Shown piece after piece: positions 39,115-47,834 of a DNA stretch of 64,000 bases (position 1 is its first letter; the number at the start of each line of letters is the position of its first letter). A program made the translations under genes and the position numbers. Under the pieces are notes generated by a model. That model was not told where the DNA came from. It saw only the letters and a list, made by a program, of their open reading frames with translations, and did no database searches. Origin of the DNA: a bacterium (GTDB taxonomy: Bacteria > UBP6 > UBA1177); contig JAFQZM010000033.1 of assembly GCA_017405875.1 (NCBI GenBank), positions 45,549 through 109,548 on the forward strand, given 5' to 3'.

Positions 39115-40075
39115 CCGCATATCGCTTGGCAGACAATCGAAAGAACTGGGTTTTGTCAGGGATACCTTTGAGAAGGTATGCCGCCTTGCAGACGTACTTT
39201 CTTTTATGGAAAGCGATGCTCTGCTCTCGGGCAGTCTTGCGCTCAAGGGCGGGACAGCAATCAATCTGACTATATTCGACCTCCCTCGCTTATCAGTGGA
39301 TATTGATATGGATTTCTCCAAAAACGTGTCAAGAGAAATCATGCTGTTGGAACGTGAACAGGTAAACGACCATATTCGCAAATATATGACCGCGTCGGGA
39401 TATAATCTCAGCCCAAAGTCAAAACAGTATCATGCTTTGGATTCTTTGGTATTCGAATATGTAAATGCAGGAGGGATGAAGGACAATCTAAAAATTGAAA
39501 TCAATTATATGCTTCGGTGCCATGTATTTCCTGTTTCCCGCAGAGTCGTGAAACTGCCTTGGGAAGAAAAAAAGCTTACGGTGCTTAGTCTCCATCCGAT
39601 AGAGATATTCTCGGCAAAGAGTGTCGCACTGTTGAACAGATCGGCTGCACGTGACCTCTACGACATGTTCAATATGCAAAAATACGAACCATTTGATGAA
39701 TCCCGAAAAGACATGTTCAAAAAATGCATCACATTTTATGCTGCTATTACATCGGAAACTGTGCCAAAGCATTTTGACTTTAGCGGAATAGGCAAAATAT
39801 CAGCACAGAAGATAAAAACAGAATTAATACCGGTTTTACGGAGGGATGAGCACTTCGATCTGCCGGCAGCGCAGAAAGAGGTCGGAGACTATTTAAGAGA
39901 AATTCTTCTGCCGGAAGACAATTTGTCGTTCTGGGCAGAATTTACCAGAGGAAAATATAAACCAGATCTGCTGTTTGATGATGCACAAATTCTGTCAAGG
40001 ATAAAACAGCATCCAATGGCAGTGTGGAAGTGCAGCTGGAAAACGTCTGAGAATACTATACAGGCAAGCAGGTGA
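39104..40075 (+). CDS. Type IV TA toxin, AbiEii/AbiGii nucleotidyltransferase
   Basis: LALKGGTAINL..PRLSVDIDMD, KIEIN, AKSVALLNRSAARDLYD; overlaps the antitoxin stop. Confidence 0.92.
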   Translation: MQFDRISLGRQSKELGFVRDTFEKVCRLADVLSFMESDALLSGSLALKGGTAINLTIFDLPRLSVDIDMDFSKNVSREIMLLEREQVNDHIRKYMTASGYNLSPKSKQYHALDSLVFEYVNAGGMKDNLKIEINYMLRCHVFPVSRRVVKLPWEEKKLTVLSLHPIEIFSAKSVALLNRSAARDLYDMFNMQKYEPFDESRKDMFKKCITFYAAITSETVPKHFDFSGIGKISAQKIKTELIPVLRRDEHFDLPAAQKEVGDYLREILLPEDNLSFWAEFTRGKYKPDLLFDDAQILSRIKQHPMAVWKCSWKTSENTIQASR

Positions 40076-40100
40076 GAAAAAAATCTTGTTTTCTCAGCCT
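40070..40100. terminator. Hairpin between convergent abiEii and hutI
   Basis: AGGTGAGAAAA...TTTTCTCAGCCT stem with a 1-nt bulge. Confidence 0.4.
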
Positions 40101-40118
40101 ATACACCTTTTCCGGATT

Positions 40119-41357
40119 TTATCCGACGATTCTTCTGCCTTTGACGAAAACTTTTTCGCAGTGGTTGTGTGCGAAGTGGTATATCGGGTAGGCGACGCTT
40201 GATGAATCCATAATGACGATGTCAGCGTCTTTGCCAACTTCGATCGAGCCTTTTGTTTTATCTCTTTTGAGCGACTTCGCGCCGTTTATGGTGATTCCTT
40301 TGAGGGATTCTTCGACGCTGAGTTTGAGCTGAGTGGCACCTAAACTTGCAGCGAGCGGTAAAAATCCGCACATGCAGCTTCCCGGGTTCATGTCGGTCGC
40401 AAGAGCGACAGTGACGCCGTTTTCAGCCATTTTGCGGGCAGGAGCGAAAGGAAGGCGCGAAAATACCGAAGTTATCGGCAGAACGCCCGCCACAACGCCG
40501 TTTTCTGCAAGTTTTTTAATGCCGAGATCGCTTATTGCCTCAAGGTGATCGACTGACGCGGCTCCCATTTCGGCAGCAAGTTCTGTTCCGCCGAGAGAGT
40601 GGAATTCATCGGCGTGGAGTTTGAGCCCGAAACCGAGTTCTTTTGCTCTCAACATCAGCTTTTCAGTCTCTTTGAGCGAGAAATAGCCTTCTTCGCAGAA
40701 GACATCGGCGAATTCAGCCAGATTACGCGCCTTTATTTCAGGCAGCATCTCGTTGTTTATGAGATTTATGTAGCCTTCGTGATCGTTTTTGAATTCGGGC
40801 GGATAGGCGTGGGCGCCGAGGAAAGTCGGAACTATCTCAACCGGGAAGCGTTTTTTGAGTTCCGCGATTGCCGTGAGAAGTTTGAGTTCGCTTTCGGTGT
40901 CAAGCCCGTAACCCGATTTTATCTCGACAGTCGTGACGCCGTAGGAAACAAGCTGGGAAAGGCGTTTTGAAGCCTGCTCGACGATTTCTTCGAGCGACGC
41001 TTTTTTCGTTTTTACGGTGCTGTTGATTATCCCGCCGCCCGCCGCCGCGATCTCTTCGTAAGTCGCACCTCTTGATTTCATCGCGAATTCGTCTTCACGT
41101 GTCGCCGCGAAAACAAGGTGCGTGTGGCTGTCGACAAGTCCCGGGAAAACTGCTTTGTTCCCTGCATCAACGATGACGTCTTTGAATTTTGTTTCGAAAC
41201 CGGGCTCTGTTTTTCTGAAATCCTCACTTTTTCCGACAAAAGAGATTTTTCCGTTTTCGTCAGCCGCAATAAGAAGATGCGGACCTTTCAAAACGGGAGA
41301 CAAATCTTCTGCGATAAAAATTTCAGAAATATTTTGAAGTATAAGAGAGTAATTCAA
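40119..41357 (-). CDS. hutI: Imidazolonepropionase
   Basis: PGLVDSHTHLVF, GGGIINSTV, TTVEIKSGYGL, FLGAHA, DVFCE, KLHADE, DHLE, ATDMNPGS. Confidence 0.95.
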   Translation of the reverse strand: MNYSLILQNISEIFIAEDLSPVLKGPHLLIAADENGKISFVGKSEDFRKTEPGFETKFKDVIVDAGNKAVFPGLVDSHTHLVFAATREDEFAMKSRGATYEEIAAAGGGIINSTVKTKKASLEEIVEQASKRLSQLVSYGVTTVEIKSGYGLDTESELKLLTAIAELKKRFPVEIVPTFLGAHAYPPEFKNDHEGYINLINNEMLPEIKARNLAEFADVFCEEGYFSLKETEKLMLRAKELGFGLKLHADEFHSLGGTELAAEMGAASVDHLEAISDLGIKKLAENGVVAGVLPITSVFSRLPFAPARKMAENGVTVALATDMNPGSCMCGFLPLAASLGATQLKLSVEESLKGITINGAKSLKRDKTKGSIEVGKDADIVIMDSSSVAYPIYHFAHNHCEKVFVKGRRIVG

Positions 41358-41360
41358 ATC

Positions 41361-41633
41361 TTATTTTGAAAAAGATCTGTTGAACTGACGAGCAAGTCTT
41401 GCAACTTTTCTTGCAGCGGTGTTTTTGTGAAGAACGCCTTTGCTTGCAGCTTTCTGGATCTCGCTTATAGCGGTATTAAGTTTTGCAACTGCATCTTCTT
41501 TGTTTTCAGCAGTTTCAGCCGCTGTTTCGAAGTAATGCGAGAAAGTTTTTACTCTTGATTTGATAGAACGGTTGTAAAGTCTTCTTTTTTCACTTGTTCT
41601 AATTCTTTTTTTTGCCGATCTGTGGTGAGCCAA
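41361..41633 (-). CDS. rpsT: 30S ribosomal protein S20 (TTG start)
   Basis: AHHRSAKKRIRTSEKRRLYN...KGVLHKNTAARKVARL; GGAGGA RBS. Confidence 0.96.
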   Translation of the reverse strand: MAHHRSAKKRIRTSEKRRLYNRSIKSRVKTFSHYFETAAETAENKEDAVAKLNTAISEIQKAASKGVLHKNTAARKVARLARQFNRSFSK

Positions 41634-41682
41634 AATATCCTCCATTCATAAATTTAAGTCTCACGGAACCAAAAACCGGTGC

Positions 41683-41710
41683 ACTATATTCAGAAAAGTC
41701 CGAATGTCAA
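41683..41710 (-). promoter_or_regulatory. Putative sigma-70 promoter of rpsT
   Basis: TTGACA-16 nt-TATAGT on the minus strand. Confidence 0.5.
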
Positions 41711-41827
41711 GTTTTAAAGTGATTACGCTGTTTTTCTGCAGCTTCTTGACTTAAATCGTGATTTGGCTTTAATAATGCGTTTTTTCCGTTTCTGACGGAA
41801 AGTTTTTTGTATTTTAAGGAGGTTGTT

Positions 41828-42955
41828 ATGAAAAAATTGTTAGTTGTTGTTTTGGTTGCTCTGCTGGCGGCTTTTTCGGGTTGCTGCAACGATGCCGGAA
41901 AAGTGGAACTTTATCCGAGTGAAGGCGGAAAAACTATTGCCGAGTTCGGCGGTGTAAAACTCAGTGAAAAATATATAAAGGCTTATGCCGACAATCTTAA
42001 CGACTATCTCAAAGCCCGCTACAATACGCCGGAAAGAAAGGAAGAGCTTATGACAAAAATCACGGAAGGCGAACTTGTCGCAATGAAAGCTATAAAAGAC
42101 GGCGCGCTTAACGATCCGATCCTTCTTTCTCAGGTCAAAAACACGATCGCAAGATATTACAGCGGCACGAAAATGAAAATCCAGATCGAGGAAAGCCTCA
42201 AAATTTCCGAAGACGAGATGAAGAAGTACTACGAAGAAAACAAAAACACCTTCAACACTCCGGAAAAGGTAAAAGCAAGCCACATCCTCATCAAAATAAC
42301 CGATTCGAGAGACAAGGAAGCTGCAAAAAAACTTGCTGAAAAAGTTGCCGAAGAAGCTGAAAAAAGCGCTAAAGATATGGGAAGTTTCGCAAAACTCGCC
42401 GAAAAATACAGCGAAGACGAAGGTTCCAAGAAAAGAGGCGGCGATCTCGGATATTTCGAAAGAACCGAAGAAGGCGGCAAAATGGTTCAAGAGTTCAGCG
42501 ACGGCGCTTTCGCACTTCAGAATGTCGGCGACATCAGCAAACCGGTTGAATCACAGTTCGGTTTCCACGTTATCAAACTGACCGGCAAAAAAGACAAAAT
42601 CGAAAAGACTTTCGAAGATGTCAAGGCAAACATCGAGAACACTCTCAAAACCGAAAAGAGAAAAACGGCTTACAACGATATGATCGAAAACTACAAAAAG
42701 GAACTCGGTTTCAAATTCGACAAAGAAGCTGCTCTTGCCATCGAAATCTCCACTTCAGAAAATGCTAAAAATGCTTCCGAGAGCTTCGACAAAAATCAGC
42801 AGCAGAGAGCAAAACTGCAGAAACCGCTCTTCACAAAAGAACAGATTGAGCAGTTGAAAAAGCAGCAGGAAGAAATCCAAAAGAACGGCGGTGAACCTGC
42901 AGAGCAGAATCCGAACGTAAAAATCAAACTCGGCAAACCGGTAAAAAAACAATAG
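41828..42955 (+). CDS. PpiC/parvulin-type peptidyl-prolyl isomerase lipoprotein (PrsA-like)
   Basis: Lipobox FSGC; ASHILI, FAKLAEKYSED, GGDLGYF, SQFGFHVIKL. Confidence 0.9.
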   Translation: MKKLLVVVLVALLAAFSGCCNDAGKVELYPSEGGKTIAEFGGVKLSEKYIKAYADNLNDYLKARYNTPERKEELMTKITEGELVAMKAIKDGALNDPILLSQVKNTIARYYSGTKMKIQIEESLKISEDEMKKYYEENKNTFNTPEKVKASHILIKITDSRDKEAAKKLAEKVAEEAEKSAKDMGSFAKLAEKYSEDEGSKKRGGDLGYFERTEEGGKMVQEFSDGAFALQNVGDISKPVESQFGFHVIKLTGKKDKIEKTFEDVKANIENTLKTEKRKTAYNDMIENYKKELGFKFDKEAALAIEISTSENAKNASESFDKNQQQRAKLQKPLFTKEQIEQLKKQQEEIQKNGGEPAEQNPNVKIKLGKPVKKQ

Positions 42956-42959
42956 CCTT

Positions 42960-43889
42960 ATGAAAAAAGGTCTCGTTCTATTTTTTACTTTCATCTTATT
43001 TTCATCTGTTTTTGCAGGAGAACAGCTTCTGAACAAGATGGTTGTCCGCGTGAACGGCAAGGTTTACACGATTTACGACTGCAAAAAACTGCTGCGTTTC
43101 GACGATCCGGCAAGCGTACAGACCCAGGCCGTACTTGAAAGAAAGGACAAACTCATCGACCAGCTCATCAACAACGCTATTTCAAAGCAGGAAGCCGAAG
43201 CGCTCGACATCAAAGTTCCGGATGACGAACTCGATGCCGCGGTAGATTCGGTTCTGACGCAGAACAGGATGACGCGCGAGCAGTTCGAGCAGGAACTTTC
43301 CAAAAGCAATATGTCGTTTGAAACTTACCGCAACGAAGTTCTGAGAGAACAGCTTCTGCTCCTCAAACTGAAAAAACGGATAATCGTCACGATGGATGTT
43401 GACGAAAGGGCTCTGCGCGAGATCTATGAAAAAGAATTCAGCAGCGAGCCGGAGCTTTACTTTACCGCTTCCCACATCATTCTTCAGGCGAACGAAAGCA
43501 ACGACGCCGAAATCAAAGATGCCGTAACCGCTATATATAAAGAGGTTACTGAAGGGAAAACGACTTTCGCAGAAGCTGCCAAATCCTATTCTCAGGACGG
43601 TTCGGCAGCAAACGGAGGAGCTTTGGGAACTTTTTCGGCGCGCGACATGGTTCCCGAATTTTCGGAAAGACTCGCTGAAATGAAGGAAGGCGAAGTAAGC
43701 GAACCTTTCAGAACACGCTACGGCTGGCACATCGTAAAACTTGACAAAGTTGAAAAGCATGATCCGCCGACTTACAACGAATCATACGAAATGCTGCGGA
43801 ACATCTACTATCAGCGCAACGTCGAAAAAATGTTCCAGACCTGGTTAAAAAAGAAACGCAGTGAAAGCAAGATAGACATTCTTCTCTGA
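42960..43889 (+). CDS. SurA-like chaperone / parvulin PPIase
   Basis: Signal peptide, SurA N-domain (VVRVNG), ASHII, FAEAAKSYSQD, TRYGWHIVKL. Confidence 0.88.
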   Translation: MKKGLVLFFTFILFSSVFAGEQLLNKMVVRVNGKVYTIYDCKKLLRFDDPASVQTQAVLERKDKLIDQLINNAISKQEAEALDIKVPDDELDAAVDSVLTQNRMTREQFEQELSKSNMSFETYRNEVLREQLLLLKLKKRIIVTMDVDERALREIYEKEFSSEPELYFTASHIILQANESNDAEIKDAVTAIYKEVTEGKTTFAEAAKSYSQDGSAANGGALGTFSARDMVPEFSERLAEMKEGEVSEPFRTRYGWHIVKLDKVEKHDPPTYNESYEMLRNIYYQRNVEKMFQTWLKKKRSESKIDILL

Positions 43890-44046
43890 TTTTTTCCGCA
43901 GACAGATTTCAATCAAAGTGTTGTGTTTAAGTGCTTTTCCGTCCGTTTCGGGCGAAAAAAACGGCAAAAAATGCAAAAAAGTGCCTCAAGATACAAAAAA
44001 ACAACAAAAAAAGTGAAAAAAACGTCTTAATTTTATTGAAAAATAT

Positions 44047-44074
44047 TTGACAAGCGCTGCGACTCTCTTAAAAT
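44047..44074 (+). promoter_or_regulatory. Putative sigma-70 promoter of HU
   Basis: TTGACA-16 nt-TAAAAT preceded by an A-rich tract. Confidence 0.55.
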
Positions 44075-44111
44075 GTCGCGTTGTTTGTTAACCTTTTTTA
44101 TGGAGAGTCTT

Positions 44112-44432
44112 ATGGCAAAAGCAGCAAAGAAAAAAAGAGAGTACCTCGTAGCAACCACGAAAACCGATTTCGTTAAAAAGATGAAAGAAACGGTTAAATC
44201 AGTTGCTCTTACGAACGATCAGGCTAAGGAGCTTTACGATGTTTTCACAGCTATCCTTAAGGATACTGTTATTTCTGAGAAAAGACTCAGCCTTAACGGT
44301 GTAGGAACTTTCAAAGTAAACGAAAGAAAAGCTCGCAAGGGTATCAACCCGAAGACCCGTCAGGAAATCAAAATCCCGGCAACGAAGACTGTTTCTTTCA
44401 AACCGACACCTGTTTTCAAGAAAGAACTTTAA
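44112..44432 (+). CDS. HU-family DNA-binding protein
   Basis: GVGTFKVNERKARKGINPKT..EIKIPA..VSFKP. Confidence 0.93.
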   Translation: MAKAAKKKREYLVATTKTDFVKKMKETVKSVALTNDQAKELYDVFTAILKDTVISEKRLSLNGVGTFKVNERKARKGINPKTRQEIKIPATKTVSFKPTPVFKKEL

Positions 44433-44460
44433 TCTAGTTTTTTAAATCCTTTTCAGGATG

Positions 44461-44496
44461 GCGGTCATGCGATTTTTCGTGTGACCGCTTTTTTTT
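44461..44496 (+). terminator. Rho-independent terminator after HU
   Basis: GCGGTCATGCGA-TTTT-TCGTGTGACCGC followed by T8. Confidence 0.85.
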
Positions 44497-44511
44497 GCCC
44501 TGATTCTGCGA

Positions 44512-45264
44512 TTATTTGATTCTTGCGAGGAATTCTTCAGCAAGTTCGAGATATTTTTTCGCACCGATAGATGCGACATCGTAAAGAATTATCGGCATTC
44601 CGAAGCTGGGAGATTCGCTCAGTCTGACGTTTCGCGGAATGACCGTCTCAAAAACAAGGTCACCGAAATGTTCCCTGACATCGTTTTCGATCTCGTATGT
44701 CAGTTTGACGCGCTTGTCGTACATCGTAAGAAGGATTCCGTAGATTTCGACTGCGGGATTCAGCTTTTTTATTCCTTTCATAGTTTCATTTATCCGGCTC
44801 AAACCTTCGAGTGCAAAATATTCGCACTGGATAGGAATGATTATGCCGTCTGAAGCGACCATGTTGTTTACAGTGAGGATATTAAGCGTAGGCGGCGAAT
44901 CGATAATTATGAAATCGAACTTGCTTTTCAGCTTGTCAAGCGTCTCTTTCAGGACGAATTCCCTGTTTTCGACTTCAAGAAGCTCGATCTCGGCACCTGT
45001 AAGATCCGAATTGCACGGAATCACTTTCAAAGACGGAAGTTTCGTCGGATAGACCGCTTTGATGTTAGGATCGGCCATCATGTCATAGATCGTATTGAAG
45101 TTTTCTTCTTTGATCGAACTCATCGAAGTTGCGTTTCCCTGCGGGTCCATGTCGATAAGCAGCACTTTTTTCTCAAGCGCGCTGAGCGATGCCGCGAGGT
45201 TTACTGCGGTCGTGGTTTTGCCGACGCCGCCTTTCTGATTGATTACGGAAATGATTTTTCCCAT
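44512..45264 (-). CDS. parA: ParA/Soj family ATPase
   Basis: NQKGGVGKTTT, DMDPQGNAT, IDSPP, QCEYFALEG, IPRNVRLSESPSFG. Confidence 0.92.
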   Translation of the reverse strand: MGKIISVINQKGGVGKTTTAVNLAASLSALEKKVLLIDMDPQGNATSMSSIKEENFNTIYDMMADPNIKAVYPTKLPSLKVIPCNSDLTGAEIELLEVENREFVLKETLDKLKSKFDFIIIDSPPTLNILTVNNMVASDGIIIPIQCEYFALEGLSRINETMKGIKKLNPAVEIYGILLTMYDKRVKLTYEIENDVREHFGDLVFETVIPRNVRLSESPSFGMPIILYDVASIGAKKYLELAEEFLARIK

Positions 45265-45275
45265 TTTTATCTCCG

Positions 45276-45788
45276 TTAAGGCATTGGATAAATCATAAGT
45301 TTCTGCCGTTTAAGAAGATTTTTTTTCCAGTCTTCCACGGCTTTTCGTTTTTCTTCTTCCGAAATCCGCTTTTCTTTCGGAAATTTCTGCTCAAGAAAGC
45401 GGTTCGTCATTTTGTCGGTGATGAGCCGCATTTTTATTATAGTTTTAAACTCAAAATCGGTAAGTTCGTATTTTTCGATGAACGCCTTCATGTTGACGTT
45501 TTTTCTGTAGGTTTCGACTTTCTGCCTGACAAGTTTTTCATCGACTGTGACTTCGTGTTCGCGCGCCTCTTCGAATGCGATTATCCTGAAAAATATCAGC
45601 TCGAGTATCGTCTGCTTCATTTCGTCGGAAAGCGGCGTTTCGGGAGGGAAGTTGTTCTCGATGTTGAGAAGTTCACCTTCCTGCAGAATTTCGGAATAGG
45701 TTATCGCGCGGTTGTTCATGCTTGCAACGACCGTTTCAAGCGGCACAGCCTGCGAAAAAAACATGAGCGAAAGCAGTGCGAAAATCAT
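45276..45788 (-). CDS. Exported protein, SurA N-domain-like
   Basis: Signal peptide then LETVVASMNNRAITYSE, resembling the SurA N-terminal motif; no parvulin domain. Confidence 0.55.
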   Translation of the reverse strand: MIFALLSLMFFSQAVPLETVVASMNNRAITYSEILQEGELLNIENNFPPETPLSDEMKQTILELIFFRIIAFEEAREHEVTVDEKLVRQKVETYRKNVNMKAFIEKYELTDFEFKTIIKMRLITDKMTNRFLEQKFPKEKRISEEEKRKAVEDWKKNLLKRQKLMIYPMP

Positions 45789-46360
45789 TCCTTCCCTTCT
45801 CCGCCTTTAAGAATTTTTTCGACATAATCAAGAAGCTGGTCTTTTCCTGTTCCGTTCACCGCGCTTGCAAAAAACGAGTCGGGACTTTTCTGTTTTGCTG
45901 CCGAAAGTTCCGTTTTGGTAAGTTTGTCGATCTTCGTAAAAACAGGCGTGTAACCAATCCGGTAATGATCTAAAAACTCTATCATCTGCCCGTCGTTAGG
46001 CAGGATTCCGTGACGCGAATCAATGAGAAGAAAGATGTCTGCGAGGCTTTTTCTCGTCCGGAGGTACTTTTCGATTACGACACGCCAGAGATCCTGTTCC
46101 GATTTGGAGCGTGACGCGAAACCGTAACCCGGAAGGTCGACGAAATAGAAGGAATCGTTCACGTTGAAGTAGTTGAGAAGGACTGTTTTTCCCGGTTTTT
46201 TAGAAGTTTTGACCAGATTTTTGCGCCCGAGCAGCATGTTCATCAGGCTCGATTTTCCGACGTTGGAGCGCCCGATGAAAGCAAATTCCGGTCTGCCGTC
46301 TTCCGGCAAACCGCTCATTGACGATGCGCTTTTTACAAATTCAGCCTTCTTTATAAGCAT
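45785..46360 (-). CDS. engB: Ribosome biogenesis GTPase YihA/YsxC
   Basis: GRSNVGKSS, PGKT, DLPGYG, TKIDKL. Confidence 0.96.
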   Translation of the reverse strand: MLIKKAEFVKSASSMSGLPEDGRPEFAFIGRSNVGKSSLMNMLLGRKNLVKTSKKPGKTVLLNYFNVNDSFYFVDLPGYGFASRSKSEQDLWRVVIEKYLRTRKSLADIFLLIDSRHGILPNDGQMIEFLDHYRIGYTPVFTKIDKLTKTELSAAKQKSPDSFFASAVNGTGKDQLLDYVEKILKGGEGKE

Positions 46361-47676
46361 TAGTTTCTTTCCATTTCGCGGTGAGCGATGTCGTGCCTGA
46401 AATAAACTTTGTCGAAAGTTATTCTTTCGACATTTTTATAAGTGTTTTCAACTGCTTCGGCTATATTTTTGCCGGAAGAAGTTACCATGAGGACTCTGCC
46501 GCCGTCAGTCACGATTTTTCCCGAAGCGTCGAACTTTGTTCCGGCGTGGAATACGACGCAGTTTTCATCGACTGAATCAAGTCCTAAAATGATTTTTCCT
46601 TTTTCATAACCTTCGGGGTAGCCGCCGCTTGCAAGAACGACGCACATTCCATAACCGCTTCTCCAGACGAGTTCAGGCAGCGCTTCAAGCGTCGTGCAGA
46701 GAGGAAGCGAGCCGTTTTTATCAGCCTGAGAGCCTTCTTTTCCGGAAACTGCCCAGAAATAAGGAACTATGTCGCTTATGAGCATGAACATAAGCGGCTC
46801 AGTTTCCGGGTCACCGAAGCGGACGTTGTATTCGAGAACAAAAGGCTCGCCGTCAACAACCATAAGTCCGATATAAAGGATTCCGCGGTAGTTTATGCCG
46901 CGTTTTTTAAGTTCGTTAAGCAGCGGCTGAGTAACGGTTCTGTCGACTTTTTCATAAAGTTCGTCAGTTCCCGATTTTACAGGCGTGTACGCACCCATTC
47001 CGCCAGTATTGAGTCCGGTGTCGCCGTCGTTGAGCGCCTTGTGGTCCTGCGAAAAAAGAAGGCGTTTTACGTTCGTTCCGTCGGTGAGAAGAAGAAGCGA
47101 GAGTTCTTCGCCCTTCAAGAATTCTTCTATTACGACTTTTGCGCCGGCTGATTTGAATTTGCCTCCGAGCATCTGGGAAAGTTCAGAACTTGCTTCTTCG
47201 TAAGTTGCGCAGATTATTACGCCTTTTCCTGCCGCCAGGCCGTCTGCCTTGAGCACTACCGGATATTTTGAGGTTTTGAGTATTTTATCGCCGCTTTCGA
47301 AATCTGTGACTGTCGAATATGCCGCCGTCGGAATCTTCGCCGCTTTCATAACTTCCTTTGCAAAAGCCTTGCTCGATTCAAGACGCGCAGCCTCTTTGTT
47401 TACGCCGAAAATACGGAGTCCTTTAGCTTCAAAAGCGTCAACTATCCCTTTTGCGAGATAATCTTCCGGGCCGACGACCGTAAGATCGATCGATTCCCTA
47501 AGTGCGAAATTCAGCAGAGATTCGACTGAATCATCACCAATATCAGGTATTTCAGCAACTTTAGCGATTCCGGCGTTTCCCGGAAAGCAGAAGAGTTTGT
47601 CGACATAAAAACTCTGGGCGATTTTCCATGCAAGAGCGTGTTCGCGCCCGCCTTTTCCGACTACCAAAACTTTCAT
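46360..47676 (-). CDS. purD: Phosphoribosylamine--glycine ligase
   Basis: GGREHALA, VVGPE, KADGLAAGKGV, QDHK, NTGGMGAY, EYNVRFGDPE. Confidence 0.97.
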   Translation of the reverse strand: MKVLVVGKGGREHALAWKIAQSFYVDKLFCFPGNAGIAKVAEIPDIGDDSVESLLNFALRESIDLTVVGPEDYLAKGIVDAFEAKGLRIFGVNKEAARLESSKAFAKEVMKAAKIPTAAYSTVTDFESGDKILKTSKYPVVLKADGLAAGKGVIICATYEEASSELSQMLGGKFKSAGAKVVIEEFLKGEELSLLLLTDGTNVKRLLFSQDHKALNDGDTGLNTGGMGAYTPVKSGTDELYEKVDRTVTQPLLNELKKRGINYRGILYIGLMVVDGEPFVLEYNVRFGDPETEPLMFMLISDIVPYFWAVSGKEGSQADKNGSLPLCTTLEALPELVWRSGYGMCVVLASGGYPEGYEKGKIILGLDSVDENCVVFHAGTKFDASGKIVTDGGRVLMVTSSGKNIAEAVENTYKNVERITFDKVYFRHDIAHREMERN

Positions 47677-47834
47677 TTTTCCCTGTTTTCCTCTAAAAAT
47701 CAGTAAAACGCGATATTTTAAGGAATAACTCCGCCATGTCAAACTTTGAGCATGCGACAAATTTGCAATATATGTTTAATTTCCTAAAATATTGCGTTTT
47801 TTTGGTGTATTACAAATTACAGGGGAGTTTTCAA

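Larger units (their letters stand above)
38233..40237. mobile_element. 2005-bp integrase-less islet (AbiE TA pair) inserted at the hutI 3' end
   Basis: Bounded by 100-nt direct repeats offset by 2005 nt; cargo is on the opposite strand to the flanking genes. Confidence 0.7.

Noticed and set aside
43890-44111. tRNA or ncRNA in this and the other larger intergenic gaps
   Set aside because: A/T-rich promoter-like sequence; no cloverleaf or T-loop motif recognised.
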